A stretch of 64,000 bases of DNA from Felis catus. Lineage: Eukaryota. Below the pieces are notes generated by a model, which did not search any database, was not told the DNA's origin, and worked only from the letters and a program-made list of their open reading frames with translations. The DNA is taken from NCBI RefSeq assembly GCF_018350175.1, contig NC_058383.1, positions 12,712,001 through 12,776,000 of the forward strand. The letters run 5' to 3'. The first letter of the stretch is position 1, and each line of letters opens with the position of its first letter. The position numbers and the translations under genes were made by a program. Below, piece after piece: positions 47,707 through 59,755 of the stretch.

Positions 47707-48524
47707 TGTCTGAGGATCTCTAACATGTTTGGCCTAGTGTATACAGAACGTTTCTCACTGGTCACTTATTAACCATTGGCTGTCAGCCTTGCTGTGCTAT
47801 ATAAATACCTAGCACCAAACACCATCCCCAGAGACTCTGATTAATTGGTTTGGGGAGGGGTAAAATGCTCCCAGGTCATTCTAAGCCTGGACAGGGTTGA
47901 GGGCTCCTGCCTCTGGCCCCTACCTGAGAGAAGCCCTCCCTCTTCTACTCACACTTTCCACGCCTCTCACACTCCCCTCCCTCCCACCTCAGACTTCGGA
48001 AGAAGGCATCAATCGGTAAGTTACTTAAGGGGAGGAGGTGTGTTCTGAGGTTTGAGCAGGAACTTCTTTCCGCAGCCATGTCGGGGATATCGTCACTAGT
48101 CAGCCGGCCTAGGTCTGCTCTTTCACAACCATGCCTAAGCTGGGCACATCTAGCTGGCAAGACAGATGCCCACACAGGTAACTGTAATGAAATGGGTTAA
48201 GGGCTATACAAAAGGAAGGTAAAAGAACTAAAATTTGCTACTAGCCTACTCCAATCCAGTAACTTTAATCTGTTCCCTCATCAACTTATTCAACAGACAT
48301 TTATTAAATGTCTGCAGGAGCTGTGCTAAGAATACAAAGATTAATAGAAAGGATCTTTGCCCTTGAAGGAATCACATACTACAAGGGAAAGATAAATGGG
48401 TAAATAATATGTGAAAGGAAAATGTTAGAGTTACTATTTTGGAAGCCTGTAAATGCACAAAAGATATTAAAAGGAGTCCATTCTTAACCATCCCCAAGTG
48501 TCTCAAGTTTTATATAAAAAGACT

Positions 48525-49310
48525 ACTTTTACTCATATGTACTGTATGAGTCCACTTAGATGAAGTTCTAGAACAAGCAAAACTAATCTGCTATGAAAAA
48601 AAGCAGAGCAGTAGTTGCCTTTGGGGGGATGGTGGTCCCCTGACTAGGAAGGGATATGACAGAATTTCCTTTGGGGATTCTATATCTTCTTTAAAAATGT
48701 TTATTTATTTTTTTTGTGTGTGTGTGCATGTGTATGTGTGTGTGAGAGAGAGAGAGAGAGAGACAGCATGAGCAGGGGAAGGCCAGAGAGAGAGGGGGAC
48801 AGAGGATCTGAAGCGGGCTGACAGCAGCAAGCCTGATGTGGGCTGGAACTCACAACCGGTGAGATCATGACCTGAGCCAAAGCTGGACGCTCAATTGACT
48901 GAGCCACCCAGGCGCCCTGCGATTCTACGTCTTGATAGGGATTTGGTTAGATGGATATGTGCATTTGTCAAAACTCATCAAATGGTACAGTTAAGATCTG
49001 TGTGTTTTGTTGTTTGTAAATTTCACCTTAAAAAGAACTCTAAACAAATCTTGAACTCTAGATAATGACATACATGGTGAAGCACTTAGGGGGAGGTGTG
49101 CTGATATTTGCAACTTATTTTGAATTGCATCCAGAAAATAAGATGGATTGGACAGATTGAGAGAGGAATGCATAGATAAACGGAGATGTGTGAAAGCAAA
49201 TATAGCAAAATATCACTTATAGAAGCTAGGTGGTGGGTAGGCAGGTACATAATATGTAGTGCTTTCGATTTGAGTGAGAGTTTAGAAATGAAATATTAGG
49301 GGAAAAATTC
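48525..49310 (+). mobile_element. Old L1 (L1MC/ME) 3' end with SINE insertion
   Basis: TACTGTATGAGTCCACTTAGATGAAGTTCTAGAACAAGCAAAACTAATCT; CATTTGTCAAAACTCATCAAATGGTACA. Confidence 0.8.
48692..48917 (-). mobile_element. Can-SINE
   Basis: TSD GATTCTA(TA/CG)TCTT. Confidence 0.92.
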
Positions 49311-49429
49311 ATCTTGAAAGTTAAATAGGTATTCCCTGGCCAAACAGGATGAGAGACGACTAACCTAATCCCATGTCCAACTTTCCAACCCTCATCTGCC
49401 TTTCTGTCTCCTGTATAGAGTCTGGAATA

Positions 49430-49780
49430 GCTACCATATCCACTTATCCCTTTGCTGCTCAGGGTAGCCACGTGGCATAGTTCAGGCCAATGAAGCATTA
49501 AGAGAACAACTTCGCTGGTCCTTCTGGGAGACCTTTTGCTTACTTGGTGCTGCCCCTTCCTGACTTGAATACAAACGTGGTACCTGGAATTGCAGCAGCC
49601 GCTTGCAACCATGAAGGCAAATCTGAAAGAATCAGACTTCTGCCTTGACTTTATTGAGCCATGGAACCAATGTCAACAACAGCCCATCTCCAGACTTCTT
49701 GCTGCGTTAGAAAAAGAAATCCCTTTTTGTTTGAGCCGCTGCTGGTTAAGTTTTCTGTTACTTGTAGGTGAAACATTCTG
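49430..49780 (+). mobile_element. MLT1J/K-like MaLR LTR remnant
   Basis: GGGTAGCCACGTGGCATAGTTCAGGCCAATGA; TCTCCAGACTTCTTG; GTTTTCTGTTACTTGTAG. Confidence 0.7.
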
Positions 49781-50084
49781 AGCACAAGGCAGAAGTATAA
49801 AACAGCCTGGTTTGCAGGTAAGTGCAAGCAAACTGAGGCCTCGATGCAGAGTCTGAGGAGGAAAATTACGGAGCAGGGGATGTAACCGTAGAGGTAGGAA
49901 TAGGCCAGACCCTGCAGGACTGTTTATGTCATACTAAGGGCTTTGGATTCTCCAAAGGGAGTAAAGCATGGGAAATAACCTCATCAGATTGCATTTGGGA
50001 TCAGTGATTCTCAAATTTATTTGAAGATCAGAATCATCTGGAGTTAAAAATGCAGATTCCCAAGCCACATCTCCAGCGATTCTG

Positions 50085-50560
50085 GTGACAGGAGATGTTG
50101 TTGGGGCCCTGCCCATATATTCTCCTTTAGCTGCAGCTTCTGTGACCAGCTCCATGCACACAGATGGCTTCCTGTCCCGATACCTCTGTGATTTTCTGCC
50201 TGATGGCCTTCTTCGGTCACAGAAGCATGTTGTATGCACCCAAGTGTCAGTGACTTGATGCTTCTAAGAGCAGCCTTCAACCAACGAGCAATTCGAGCTG
50301 ATGGATGACCACTACACCTTTCTTGTCTGTTGGTGGGAGAATGACGAAGTGTGTGTCTCAAAGTCTCTCGGGTTCCCTTGGGATCGGTTCCAGTTATCCA
50401 CAGTGATAACCCTCTCATTAACATACCTTTTATTGGCTTTTCCTTCCTTCCCTGTCTCCTTCCTCCAGATCCCACCAGTGCGCCACTGGGATGACCTCTC
50501 AAATAAACTCCTGGCACCCAAATCCTTGTCTAAGGCTCTGCTTTCAGTAGACCCCAAAGG
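50085..50560 (+). mobile_element. LTR16-like ERVL LTR nested in a MER5 element (50002-50610)
   Basis: GGGGCCCTGCCCATAT start; AAATAAACTCCTGGCACCCAAATCCTTGTCTAAGGCTCTGCTT end; MER5 halves on either side. Confidence 0.75.
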
Positions 50561-51108
50561 AGCTGATTCTGAAGGCCGGCGAGGGGCGAGGGGTGGTCTG
50601 CATTTTTACCATCATGGACCGCGAAGCACTCAGGTATGTGGACTCCATCTCAGCCCCTCTTCCACAAGTACCTCTCCATTTGTAGATCAGAGTGAAATTC
50701 TTCAGTGACAAGCAGATTTTTCAGCTGAGTTGAGACCAAGAGATTTAGCAAATTCTCTAGCTAATTCAGTTAATCTGTGAAAAGTTTCCAAACATAAGCA
50801 CTTTCCAAAGTGAGACCTAACTACAAATCAGCTTATGACATTGAAAATGACAATCAGGAGGTTGTCAAAACCCCACTATATAAATAAATAAGAATGAAGA
50901 ATCGGGAATGTTCCTCACCTCATAACACTCGGAATAACTTTGTGTCTACATTTATTAATACTTAGTATTTATTTATGTAGTCGGTTTCATTTATTCATGT
51001 GGTTGGTTAGGTGTTTACCTTTTACTGAAAAAGAGGAAAACTAGATCTTATCAGCTGAAGCAATCATTTTAATTGTATTCAGGGACCAGGTAAAAGCTGC
51101 TCCCTACC

Positions 51109-51330
51109 GGGGCGCCTGGGTGGTGCAGTCGGTTAAGCGTCCGACTTCAGCCAGGTCACGATCTCACGGTCCGTGAGTTCGAGCCCCGCGTCGGGCTCTG
51201 GGCTGATGGCTCAGAGCCTGGAGCCTGTTTCGGATTCTGTGTCTCCCTCTCTCTCTGCCCCTCCCCCGTTCATGCTCTGTCTCTCTCTGTCCCCAAAATA
51301 AATAAATGTTGAAAAAAAAATTAAAAAAAA
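51109..51330 (+). mobile_element. Young SINEC_Fc-type SINE
   Basis: CpG-rich, near-identical to the 43307 copy; perfect TSD AAAAGCTGCTCCCTA (51092/51331). Confidence 0.97.
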
Positions 51331-51801
51331 AAAAGCTGCTCCCTATTGCTTTAACGTTCCCTTACTAGGAGAGGAGATTGGTCAAGTATTTTGATACTAC
51401 TATTTGCCCTCAAATTAGGATGCCGGGAGGAAGAGCTGGTGGCGGAGAAGCGGACACAGGAGGGGACAGAGCAGGTTGTTAGATTTCTCCGATGAGGCTG
51501 TCTCAAGGCCATGTGTATCTGGCCCTCCTTTTCAAAAGCCCCAGTAAGGTGACCCAACCAGGAAGGATAGTGTCCCTCTATTGTAAGCTGTGGCTCATGA
51601 ACTTAAAAAAAAAAGCATCATTTAAAGATGTTTCCAACTGCAATTCCAAGGAACCAATTATTCACAACCAAGAAGGCTTTTAGGCTCGCCTGGAATACCA
51701 GCTCACACCACATCCCTGTGCCTCCAGGCTGCCCCAGCCTCGTGTTTGCTAGAGCAGCCTGGTCTCCGTGCTTTTGTCAGAAGGAATCACGGCACCGTTA
51801 C

Positions 51802-51935
51802 CCTGCTGTTGTTATAAGGGGCTACGCCTAATGCCGCTGAACACAGACAAGATGTTAGAGAGAGTCTTCCCATCAAAATCTTCAAGAGTGAGATGGTTCT
51901 CTTCACCTCTTCCTGCTTATATGTAGTTTCACCTG
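51802..51935 (-). other. Candidate exon (134/131 nt, NAGNAG acceptor)
   Basis: Acceptor ttctgtcttcctttcctccacaacag|cag|; donor AGG|gtaacg; one open frame GETTYKQEEVKRTISLLKILMGRLSLTSCLCSAALGVAPYNNSR. Confidence 0.4.
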
Positions 51936-52324
51936 CTGTTGTGGAGGAAAGGAAGACAGAAGCTGTCAGAAGGTAAGCATGGGCTATGGGTACAGCTGCC
52001 GACGGATGGGGGATAAAAGAATGCAAAAATACCACTGGATCAGCTTTTCTGTAATCCTAACAGAAGGGACGTGGGGGAAGGTCTGCATTTCTACGCCCTG
52101 GATTAGCGTTCACCTAGGGTGCTTTGCTGTCACTGGAAAGTGAGTTTTCACTCAGAGGAAGCATGCAGTGTCAACCCGAAAGTCTCAGGAAAAGCTTAGG
52201 AAGAGGGCATTTTAGCATTACAGGAAAATAAGGAATCATTCTATCCTTATCTCCAATTACTAGGAGAAAGGTTACTTTATTCACTGAATCACTTTTATTG
52301 CACACCAACCACAAACATTTCTTT

Positions 52325-52526
52325 CTCTTTTTTTAATGTTTGTTTATTTTTGAGAGAAAGCACAAGCAGGGGAAGGGCAGAGAGAGAGGGAAACACAGAA
52401 TCTGAAGCAGGCTCGAGGCTCTGGGCTGTCAGCGCAGAACCCGAAGCAGGGCTTGAACCCATGAACCGTGAGATCGTGACCTGAGCCTAAGTGGGACGCT
52501 TACCCGACTGAGCCACACTGGCGCCC
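52325..52526 (-). mobile_element. Can-SINE
   Basis: TSD CACAAACATTTCTT. Confidence 0.94.
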
Positions 52527-54000
52527 ACAAACATTTCTTCGACAGCCTACTTACGGTGTGCCAGGTGCTTTTTTGGGTAGTACAGAGACTCCAAGGGGTA
52601 GAGACACAGTCTCAGCCCTAGAGAAAGCCACAGTGTAGTCGAAGAGAAATGAGGGGCTGGAAGATAAATAACAACCTGAGCATGCAGATGCTATGTGAGA
52701 AACGGCCACAGCATGGGTCAATAACATTAGTACAAGGTTCACATAGCTATCTCTTAATAATATGACAGGCATGCCCCTTCCTTAGGATATGTTATTACTG
52801 GAGGAGTACAGAGAAGGTAAGAACTTAATTGCCTAAAGTAATTGTGATGTTTGCACATAAATGCATAATGATATTATTGATCCTGGATGCAAACCGTTAG
52901 CAGAAGCAGTAGTGAAACCTGATGGGAGTTCGCACCTGGCAGCTTTGTTTCTCTAGTCACCAAAGAGCCACAGAGGGAACCCGGAAGTACCTACGGCTCC
53001 CAGGATGTGGCAGCGAGCGAAGGTGCTTACCAAATGGAATTAACGGTACTAGAAGATCAAGAAAGTTTGAGCAACTGCATATAGCAGCACCAAATAGGAA
53101 GGAAATTGCTGCTTTTATCTCCGGCCATCAAAGTGCCTCACAAATCAATATTAGAAGCTGCATTTTATAAATTACACCATCACGGGAGATGTGAACCAGC
53201 ATGAAGGGGTGGGGGGATGTTTCTTTCTTTCTTTCTTTCTTTTTTTTTTTTTTAAGAAATCTATTCATCGTGAAATTCAGGAGCTAGTATTTGGCCCCCA
53301 AATAATTGTTCATATTAAAGCAATGAATACTGTTTATTTACTACGATTATGAACACTATGTCAGATTTATTAAAAGTTTTGATTAAAGCATTTTTTTAAG
53401 TTTTGATTAAAGTATTTTTAAAACACTGAAAATAACAACAATATCTCCCAGAAAATAATGAGTTTCTTCCTGTTAGCTGTCGAATTATTTACTCCCATAA
53501 CTGAATAATAACAGCACATCAAAGCCGGCAGTAGCAATGAAATGATTTGTGAACATAGGTTAACAAATTAGTGCCTCGTGATGTGTAATTGTCTAATTAG
53601 AGTAAAAATGCTAGTCTTACCTAAAAGACTGACAAGAGTGTAAAACAAGAAGGAACAGGTAAAAAGCATCATGCGAAAGATTAGAATGCATGTAAGCATG
53701 CCACTTTTATGCTTACTGCTCAAGAGGGGCCAAGACCATCTTCCCAATCATACACGTTCAACTTACACACACTGGTTCAACTATGGTCAAGACAAGAACA
53801 ATCAATCAGGTAACTGCGAGTTCATTACGTTTTCAGGGGGGGATGAGAAGCTGTCTATATGACCTCAAATTACTGAATTATTTCTAGTTTTCATAGGACA
53901 ACCACCGGCATCTCAGGCATATAAAGACATCTAAGAGAAAGTTCCTTTGAATCCTTCTTTAGCTCATGTCAAAACGTCTACAGTTTTAAATGTAGATTTA

Positions 54001-54217
54001 GGGGCGCCTGGGTGGTTCAGTCTGGTGAGCGTCCGGCTTCGGCTCAGGTTATGATCTCGAGGTGCATGAGTTTGAGCCCCGCATCGGGCTCTGTGCTGAC
54101 ATCTCAGAGCCTGGAGCCTGCTTCAGATTCTGTTGTCTCCCTCACTTCCCACCCCTCTCCAGCTGGTACTCTGTCTCTGTCTCTCTCTCAAAAATAAACA
54201 TTGAAAAAAAAAAAAAG
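54001..54217 (+). mobile_element. Can-SINE
   Basis: Head, body, tail. Confidence 0.93.
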
Positions 54218-54291
54218 CAGATTTAAAAAGAAAAAAAAAAAACCTCAGAGGAAATAAGGAGTATTTCTCTCTCTTATAATTAAGGATTTTC

Positions 54292-54314
54292 CTCTTTTTT
54301 AATGTTTATTTATT

Positions 54315-54353
<39 letters not shown>

Positions 54354-54492
54354 GAGAATCGCAAGCAGGCTCCGCACTGTCACCGCAGGGCCCAACACAG
54401 GGCTCGAACTCACGACCATTAGATCATTAGATCATGACTGGAACTGAAACCAAGAGTCAGACACTTAACGGACTGAGCCACCCAGGTGCTCC
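54292..54492 (-). mobile_element. Can-SINE
   Basis: Reverse-complement SINE with (GA)n. Confidence 0.92.
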
Positions 54493-56435
54493 TAATTAAA
54501 CACTTTCTATTTACCTTCCATTTATTCAATACTTATGTACTAAGCACCTGTTATGTGCCAAGCAGAGCATTAGGTTTTTGGAGAGACATGTAGATGCATA
54601 AAACACGGTTCTTCTTTCGAAGAGCTTTCTTTCTAATTCAAGAAATAAGATACACAGTCTGTAAGGCTGTAAACCTCAGGTGGCAGAGATAAAGTGCTGC
54701 CAGATTTCGGGAGAGGCACTGGTAACTTCCACGGGGGGAAATCAAGAGCTTGGTCCTGACCGACGGCAAGTGATGGGAAGGCTTTGTAGACAGAGGAAAT
54801 AGCCTGCATGAAAGCGTATGTATCTCGGTGTTTATTCTGCCACCAGTTGGGAAGTTTAATTCTAATTAGATCCCGGAAAAGAAGCCAGCTCTGTGCTTAT
54901 TTCCATTGGCAGTGGAAGCTTGGGCGGCTAAAAAAAATCTGCCCTCACAACAGCCAGTGAGTTAGTAACATAGCACAGCAGGGGCTTGGAGGTTCCAGAA
55001 TTCTTTTAATCCTCAGTGAGCATTTAAACAAGTAAGCCTTCTAAATATATACAAATCTTGTATTTGAATGGATTTGGAAAAATGAAGCGGCCTGTGAAAC
55101 GCACATGACACTCTTTCAAGTCTTGAAGCAATGCTTGCGCTACCATAGGACAATTTCGGTCCCAGTTAGAGCTCTTAGGAACAGAGCAAGAACTCCCTCG
55201 CTCCTTCCCTGGTCCCCTCTTCACGAACGCAGCCTCCCTGCAGCTTTGGGAAGCAGCCTCCAGTTGCTGGCTCCACACAGAGGAAGGATGTGTCGAAGGA
55301 AGTTTCCTGCTTTCCCTGTTCCTTGCAAGGACTGCCCGGTGCTATTGGGCCACGTGCCTGCACATGTTAAGTGTCAATGTTAAAACAAAGATCAAGGTCT
55401 GGTTATTAATCCAGGTCAGGGCAAAGAGGAAGAAACTATCAGCAAAGAGAAATGATTTCTTTTTAGGGTTTTGCTCTGAAGGCGAAATTTTGTTTAATTA
55501 AATGAGACCCTCTGCCCCATTATTGACGAAGGAACAAGGGACCCCACGGTGAGTGAGGTGCTCGCCATTAACACACAGTCTCAAACTTAAACCTGGTTTC
55601 GTCATTCATACCTTGCATTCTGGCCCCTGTTCATCACTCCAGCCTAGCATCATTAGCCAGTTTGCTTTTCAATGTTTACACATAAAAATCGTTAGACACA
55701 CCTTGAGAAGATGTATTTTCTTACATGTTACTTGAGGAAATAAATATGTGAAGGACTTGGAAGTGATTCAAATGGCCCTGATGTAGCCAAGCGTTTGTAA
55801 AATAAGATTCTGTCATTGAAAAGGAAGACTGGAGGGGGAAGCTGGCGTGAAGTAACACTGTCTTTTAGGGGGTTGGGGGGAAGGGGCAGGGCCGTTAGCC
55901 TACGGCACCACGATTACTGCTAGGACTGCCTTTATAACTGGCTGATGCACTCCACTCTGGAAAGGGCCTCGCAATATGTCCCCCAGAAACTGGATGCTCC
56001 TTCGAGGAGGAGGAAGCCTGCTCCGGTGAAAACCCTACTGTCGTTTCTGCAAGCAGGGGTGGTGCTGGGTACCAGGCTCAGTCACCACTCCGCTGGAAAC
56101 GTCTTGTGAAAGTCACTTAATTTCTCTGGCCTTCAATTCTCATCTAAGAGGAGAATATTGAACTAAATGAGCTTTAAGAAGGGAAACCACAAAATCTAGT
56201 GTAAAAACTGGGACAATTTTTCCAGGACGAATGTTAAACTGGACAGGATGTGTGTACGGCAAACCGGGATGCATGAGTACCCCATCTCAAAAGTCCCCTT
56301 GCACACCGGAGCCTGTGATTCCCACGGCCCTCCTCCTACCAGTGACCCCAAAACTTTCAATGACACCCTCACATTTAAAGGGAAAAGAGACACAGTAACA
56401 TAACAAAAAATAGCTAATTTGGAAAAGGTATTTTA

Positions 56436-56651
56436 TGTTATTATTTTTTTAATGTTTATTTAGTTATTTGGAGAGAGAGAGAATGCACACAAGCGGGAGG
56501 AGGGGCAGAGAGAGGAGAGAGAATCCCAAGCAGGCTCCTAGTTGTCAGGGCAAAGCCCGACATGGGGCTTAAACTCACGAACCATGAGGTCACAGCCTGA
56601 GCCAAAACCAAGAGTGAGACGCCTAACCAACTGAGCCACCCAGGTGCTCCC
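56436..56651 (-). mobile_element. Can-SINE
   Basis: Reverse-complement SINE. Confidence 0.92.
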
Positions 56652-56784
56652 GACAAAGATTTGTTAGAGAAGGTGTGAGGCCTAAGTAACCTCATGTCAA
56701 AAATTAAGAATCACTTGAAATTGTTTAGGAAGGGGTATTGTATAATTTCCTAGTTTCTTTTGAGATTTAAAATATATATATACA

Positions 56785-56962
56785 GGGTGCCTGGGTGGCT
56801 CAGTCGCTAAGCATCTGACTCAGCTCAGGTCATGATCTCTCACAGTTCATGAGCTCGAGCCCTGCATTGGGTGAGCTCTGCTTCCTTCTCTCTCTCTGCC
56901 CCTCCTGGTAGTATTCTCTCTCGCTCTCTCTCTGCCCCTCACTCACTTGAGCCCCCCCTCCC
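56785..56962 (+). mobile_element. Can-SINE, internally deleted
   Basis: GGGTGCCTGGGTGGCTCAGTC head, CT tract. Confidence 0.85.
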
Positions 56963-56963
56963 A

Positions 56964-57031
56964 ATATATATATATATTTATAAAAAAAGAGAATATATAT
57001 ATGTACAGAGAATATATATATATATATATAT

Positions 57032-57073
<42 letters not shown>
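56964..57073. repeat. (TA)n/(CA)n compound microsatellite
   Basis: Direct reading. Confidence 0.95.
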
Positions 57074-57074
<1 letters not shown>

Positions 57075-57135
57075 GAGAAGATACATTCTAACATCTATCC
57101 ATCTAATCTGTACATAAATTTATCTGAAATAAATC

Positions 57136-57364
57136 TTTTTGTGTGTGTGTCTTAGAGAGACACAGAGAGAGATTGACAACAGGGGAGAGAGGACAGAGTG
57201 GGAGAGAGAGACAGAGAGAGAGAGAGATTGAGGGAATCCCAAGTAGGCTCCACACTCAACATGGAGACTGATGCAGGGCTTGATCCCACAACCCTGGGCC
57301 TGGGATTACAACCTGAGCTGAAATCAAGAGTCAGTCTCAACCAACTGAGCCACCCAGGTGCCCC
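57136..57364 (-). mobile_element. Can-SINE
   Basis: Ends AACTGAGCCACCCAGGTGCCCC. Confidence 0.9.
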
Positions 57365-57844
57365 TAAAATTTCTGTAATAAGCAAAAATATACCAAAATA
57401 TTGTCCACGAACAAAGCAAGACTAGCCACAGTTACGGTGAAATAGGCATTTTAAGCTCAATTTTCAATGTTTTCCATTAAATTTCTAGTGTGTGACATAA
57501 ATTATATTGCTCTCAATTCTGATATAATTTCTTAAAACCTCAATCTAAGACTTTGTCTAAACTGAGAATCGAGAACGCACAACACTTTCCATAACAGGTG
57601 CTGAGAATAATGTATGCTTCTGGCACCTTTAATTTCTAGAGATCTAATGTGGTGGATGGAGTAGTTGCTTTACAGTTGGTTTAGGAGTTCGCTTTTGGGA
57701 ATCTGCAGTCTACTGCCCACTAAACATTTCAGAGTGGGAAGTTTAATGATTTATCCTCTGTACAAACTGCTTTTCTGATGGTATTATTGTTAGAATAAAA
57801 GACTCGCTTTGAAAAGAAAGTCTGGGAACATCTGAAAATCTCAG

Positions 57845-58055
57845 TATAAGGAAGAACATTCTAAGAGCCAGAAGTTTCCAGCAGTGAAATAGACCTATCC
57901 ACCTGTAAGGGGGGAGCTCCCCGTCAGCAGAAGCATTTCAGTGGGAATTGAGTGGCTATCCCTGAGGGTCACAATGGAGACAATTTTTCATTACAGAAGA
58001 GGCCAGGTGAGGTGACCTCTGAGCTACTAGCCAGTTTTAAGCCAGTTTTGTGATC
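57845..58055 (+). mobile_element. L3/CR1 3' fragment
   Basis: ATAAGGAAGAACATTCTAA...GAGCTCCCCGTCAGCAGAAGCATTTCAG...GTGACCTCTGAG. Confidence 0.6.
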
Positions 58056-58959
58056 TCAGGGCTCACAGGATCCTGACTCTGAATAAGTAGCTAAAATAAC
58101 ATCTAACACTGTCCCATGATACAGCACACTTGGTACAACAACATCTTCCCTCAGAAAGCCACCGCCCTAAGTGTCCTGTGTGTGCTCACATTAAATCGCT
58201 TTGCTGCTGCTTGGCTCAGAATGAAGCTGACTTCTAGTTTGACTAAAGCAACGTTAATGCATCTGGGAGAAACAAAAAACTCTAATAACACACCTCAGGT
58301 CTATGAAAAGAACACTCTGCTCCACAGCCAATGCATAGCACACTGGCACACGTAATAAAAATTCTACCTCAGCCATTTAATATTTAGTGAAAAGCCAGAG
58401 GAAGTAAAATCGGAGCTGGATTCAGTTCAACACCCGGGTCAGTGGTGCAGTGTGGGCAAATGATGAGCGTTTCCGTTCATTTACGTTGGCAGATTTCCAA
58501 GGCTGCTCCACATCTGTACGGTTAAGCCTCTGCCGGGGGCAGCAGGGCAGAAAACATGCCGTGCTCTGCACCATGGCACGGCCTGCTTCTGGGCGAACGC
58601 GCGGGGCTGCTGACTGGCCCGAGCACTCCTTGCAGCCAGCTCGGCCATTCAAGGAAAAACCCATCACCGCTCTGGAACTTCAGAGCTATGCACAGAGTGA
58701 AACTGAGCAGGAAGAGGAAGCAACAGACAGGAGGGTGAAGCAGTGAGCTAGAGGTGATTCCACAGTGTCTGGGGACAGTAGATGGGGTCTGCCAGAGAAA
58801 TCAGCTTTGCAGAGATAACTCGGCCTTTAAAGAGTGCTCTGTTTTCCTTTACGGAGCTGGATACTAGAAATTCATAATGTGTGTTGTTTTGAAACAGGGA
58901 CTGATGTGAACGCCAGTTATCTTTCTCTTTGATCATAAAATAATTACATCTTTAAAAAA

Positions 58960-59170
58960 ATTTTTTTTGATGTTTATTTATGTTTGAGAGAGACAGACAG
59001 ACAGAGCACAAGTGGGGGGGAGGGCAGAGAGAGAGGGGGACACAGAATCCAAGCAGGCTCCAGGCTCTGAGCTGTCCGCACAGAGCCCGACGCGGGGTGA
59101 ACTCATGGACCGCGAGATCATGGCCTGAGCCGAAGTCGGATGCTCAACTGACTGAGCCACCCAGGCGCCC
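58960..59170 (-). mobile_element. Can-SINE
   Basis: Ends GACTGAGCCACCCAGGCGCCCC. Confidence 0.94.
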
Positions 59171-59755
59171 CAATAATTATAATCTTTTTAAGTGACCTCC
59201 GACATCTTTAGGACTAGTCCTCCTACAGATGTTAAAAGCAAAGGAAAACAAGCTTCAACTGTTCTCTTTGAATCTTATCTCTGAAAGTGGCTAAGTCTGT
59301 AATCACCTAAAATGTGGCTTGAAAACTAAAACTAACCAAATAGAAGATAGGCAACAAATTAACTCCACAAGAATGAAATGTACTGAACTGATAGATTAAT
59401 TCAAAGTCAAGTACAAGTATTCTGATTTGCAGTCTTTTGTGGGAGTCGGCTGGCAAGATAGATATAAAGTAGCCATTATCAGAGGACATGCTCACCATGG
59501 CTGTATTCTTTATAGATACATGGTGTGACCATCACCCACAGCATTTTGTCCCTAATAATAGAGAGATGGGATCCAAAAGCTTAAATAAGCAACTGACTGT
59601 CAATGTGGCCTTGAGTAAATTATTTCACTTTCTAATCCTTGTCTGCAAAGCTGAGGTAATAAAACCTATTTAACTTAGTTACTATGGTGATTAAATTTTA
59701 TAATTAACCTAATTATTGGCAAAATTTCTGGAGTGTTTAAAATATGCCAGGCACA

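Noticed and set aside
51781..51972. Plus-strand exon-like segment (ttttgtcag| ... AG|gtaagc) overlapping the minus-strand candidate
   Set aside because: Stops in all three frames and no convincing partner exons on the + strand; cannot be excluded as non-coding.
58455..58620. Possible C/D-box snoRNA (ATGATGA ... CTGA with GGGC/GCCC flanks)
   Set aside because: About 160 nt long, terminal stem offset, and no recognisable rRNA/snRNA guide.
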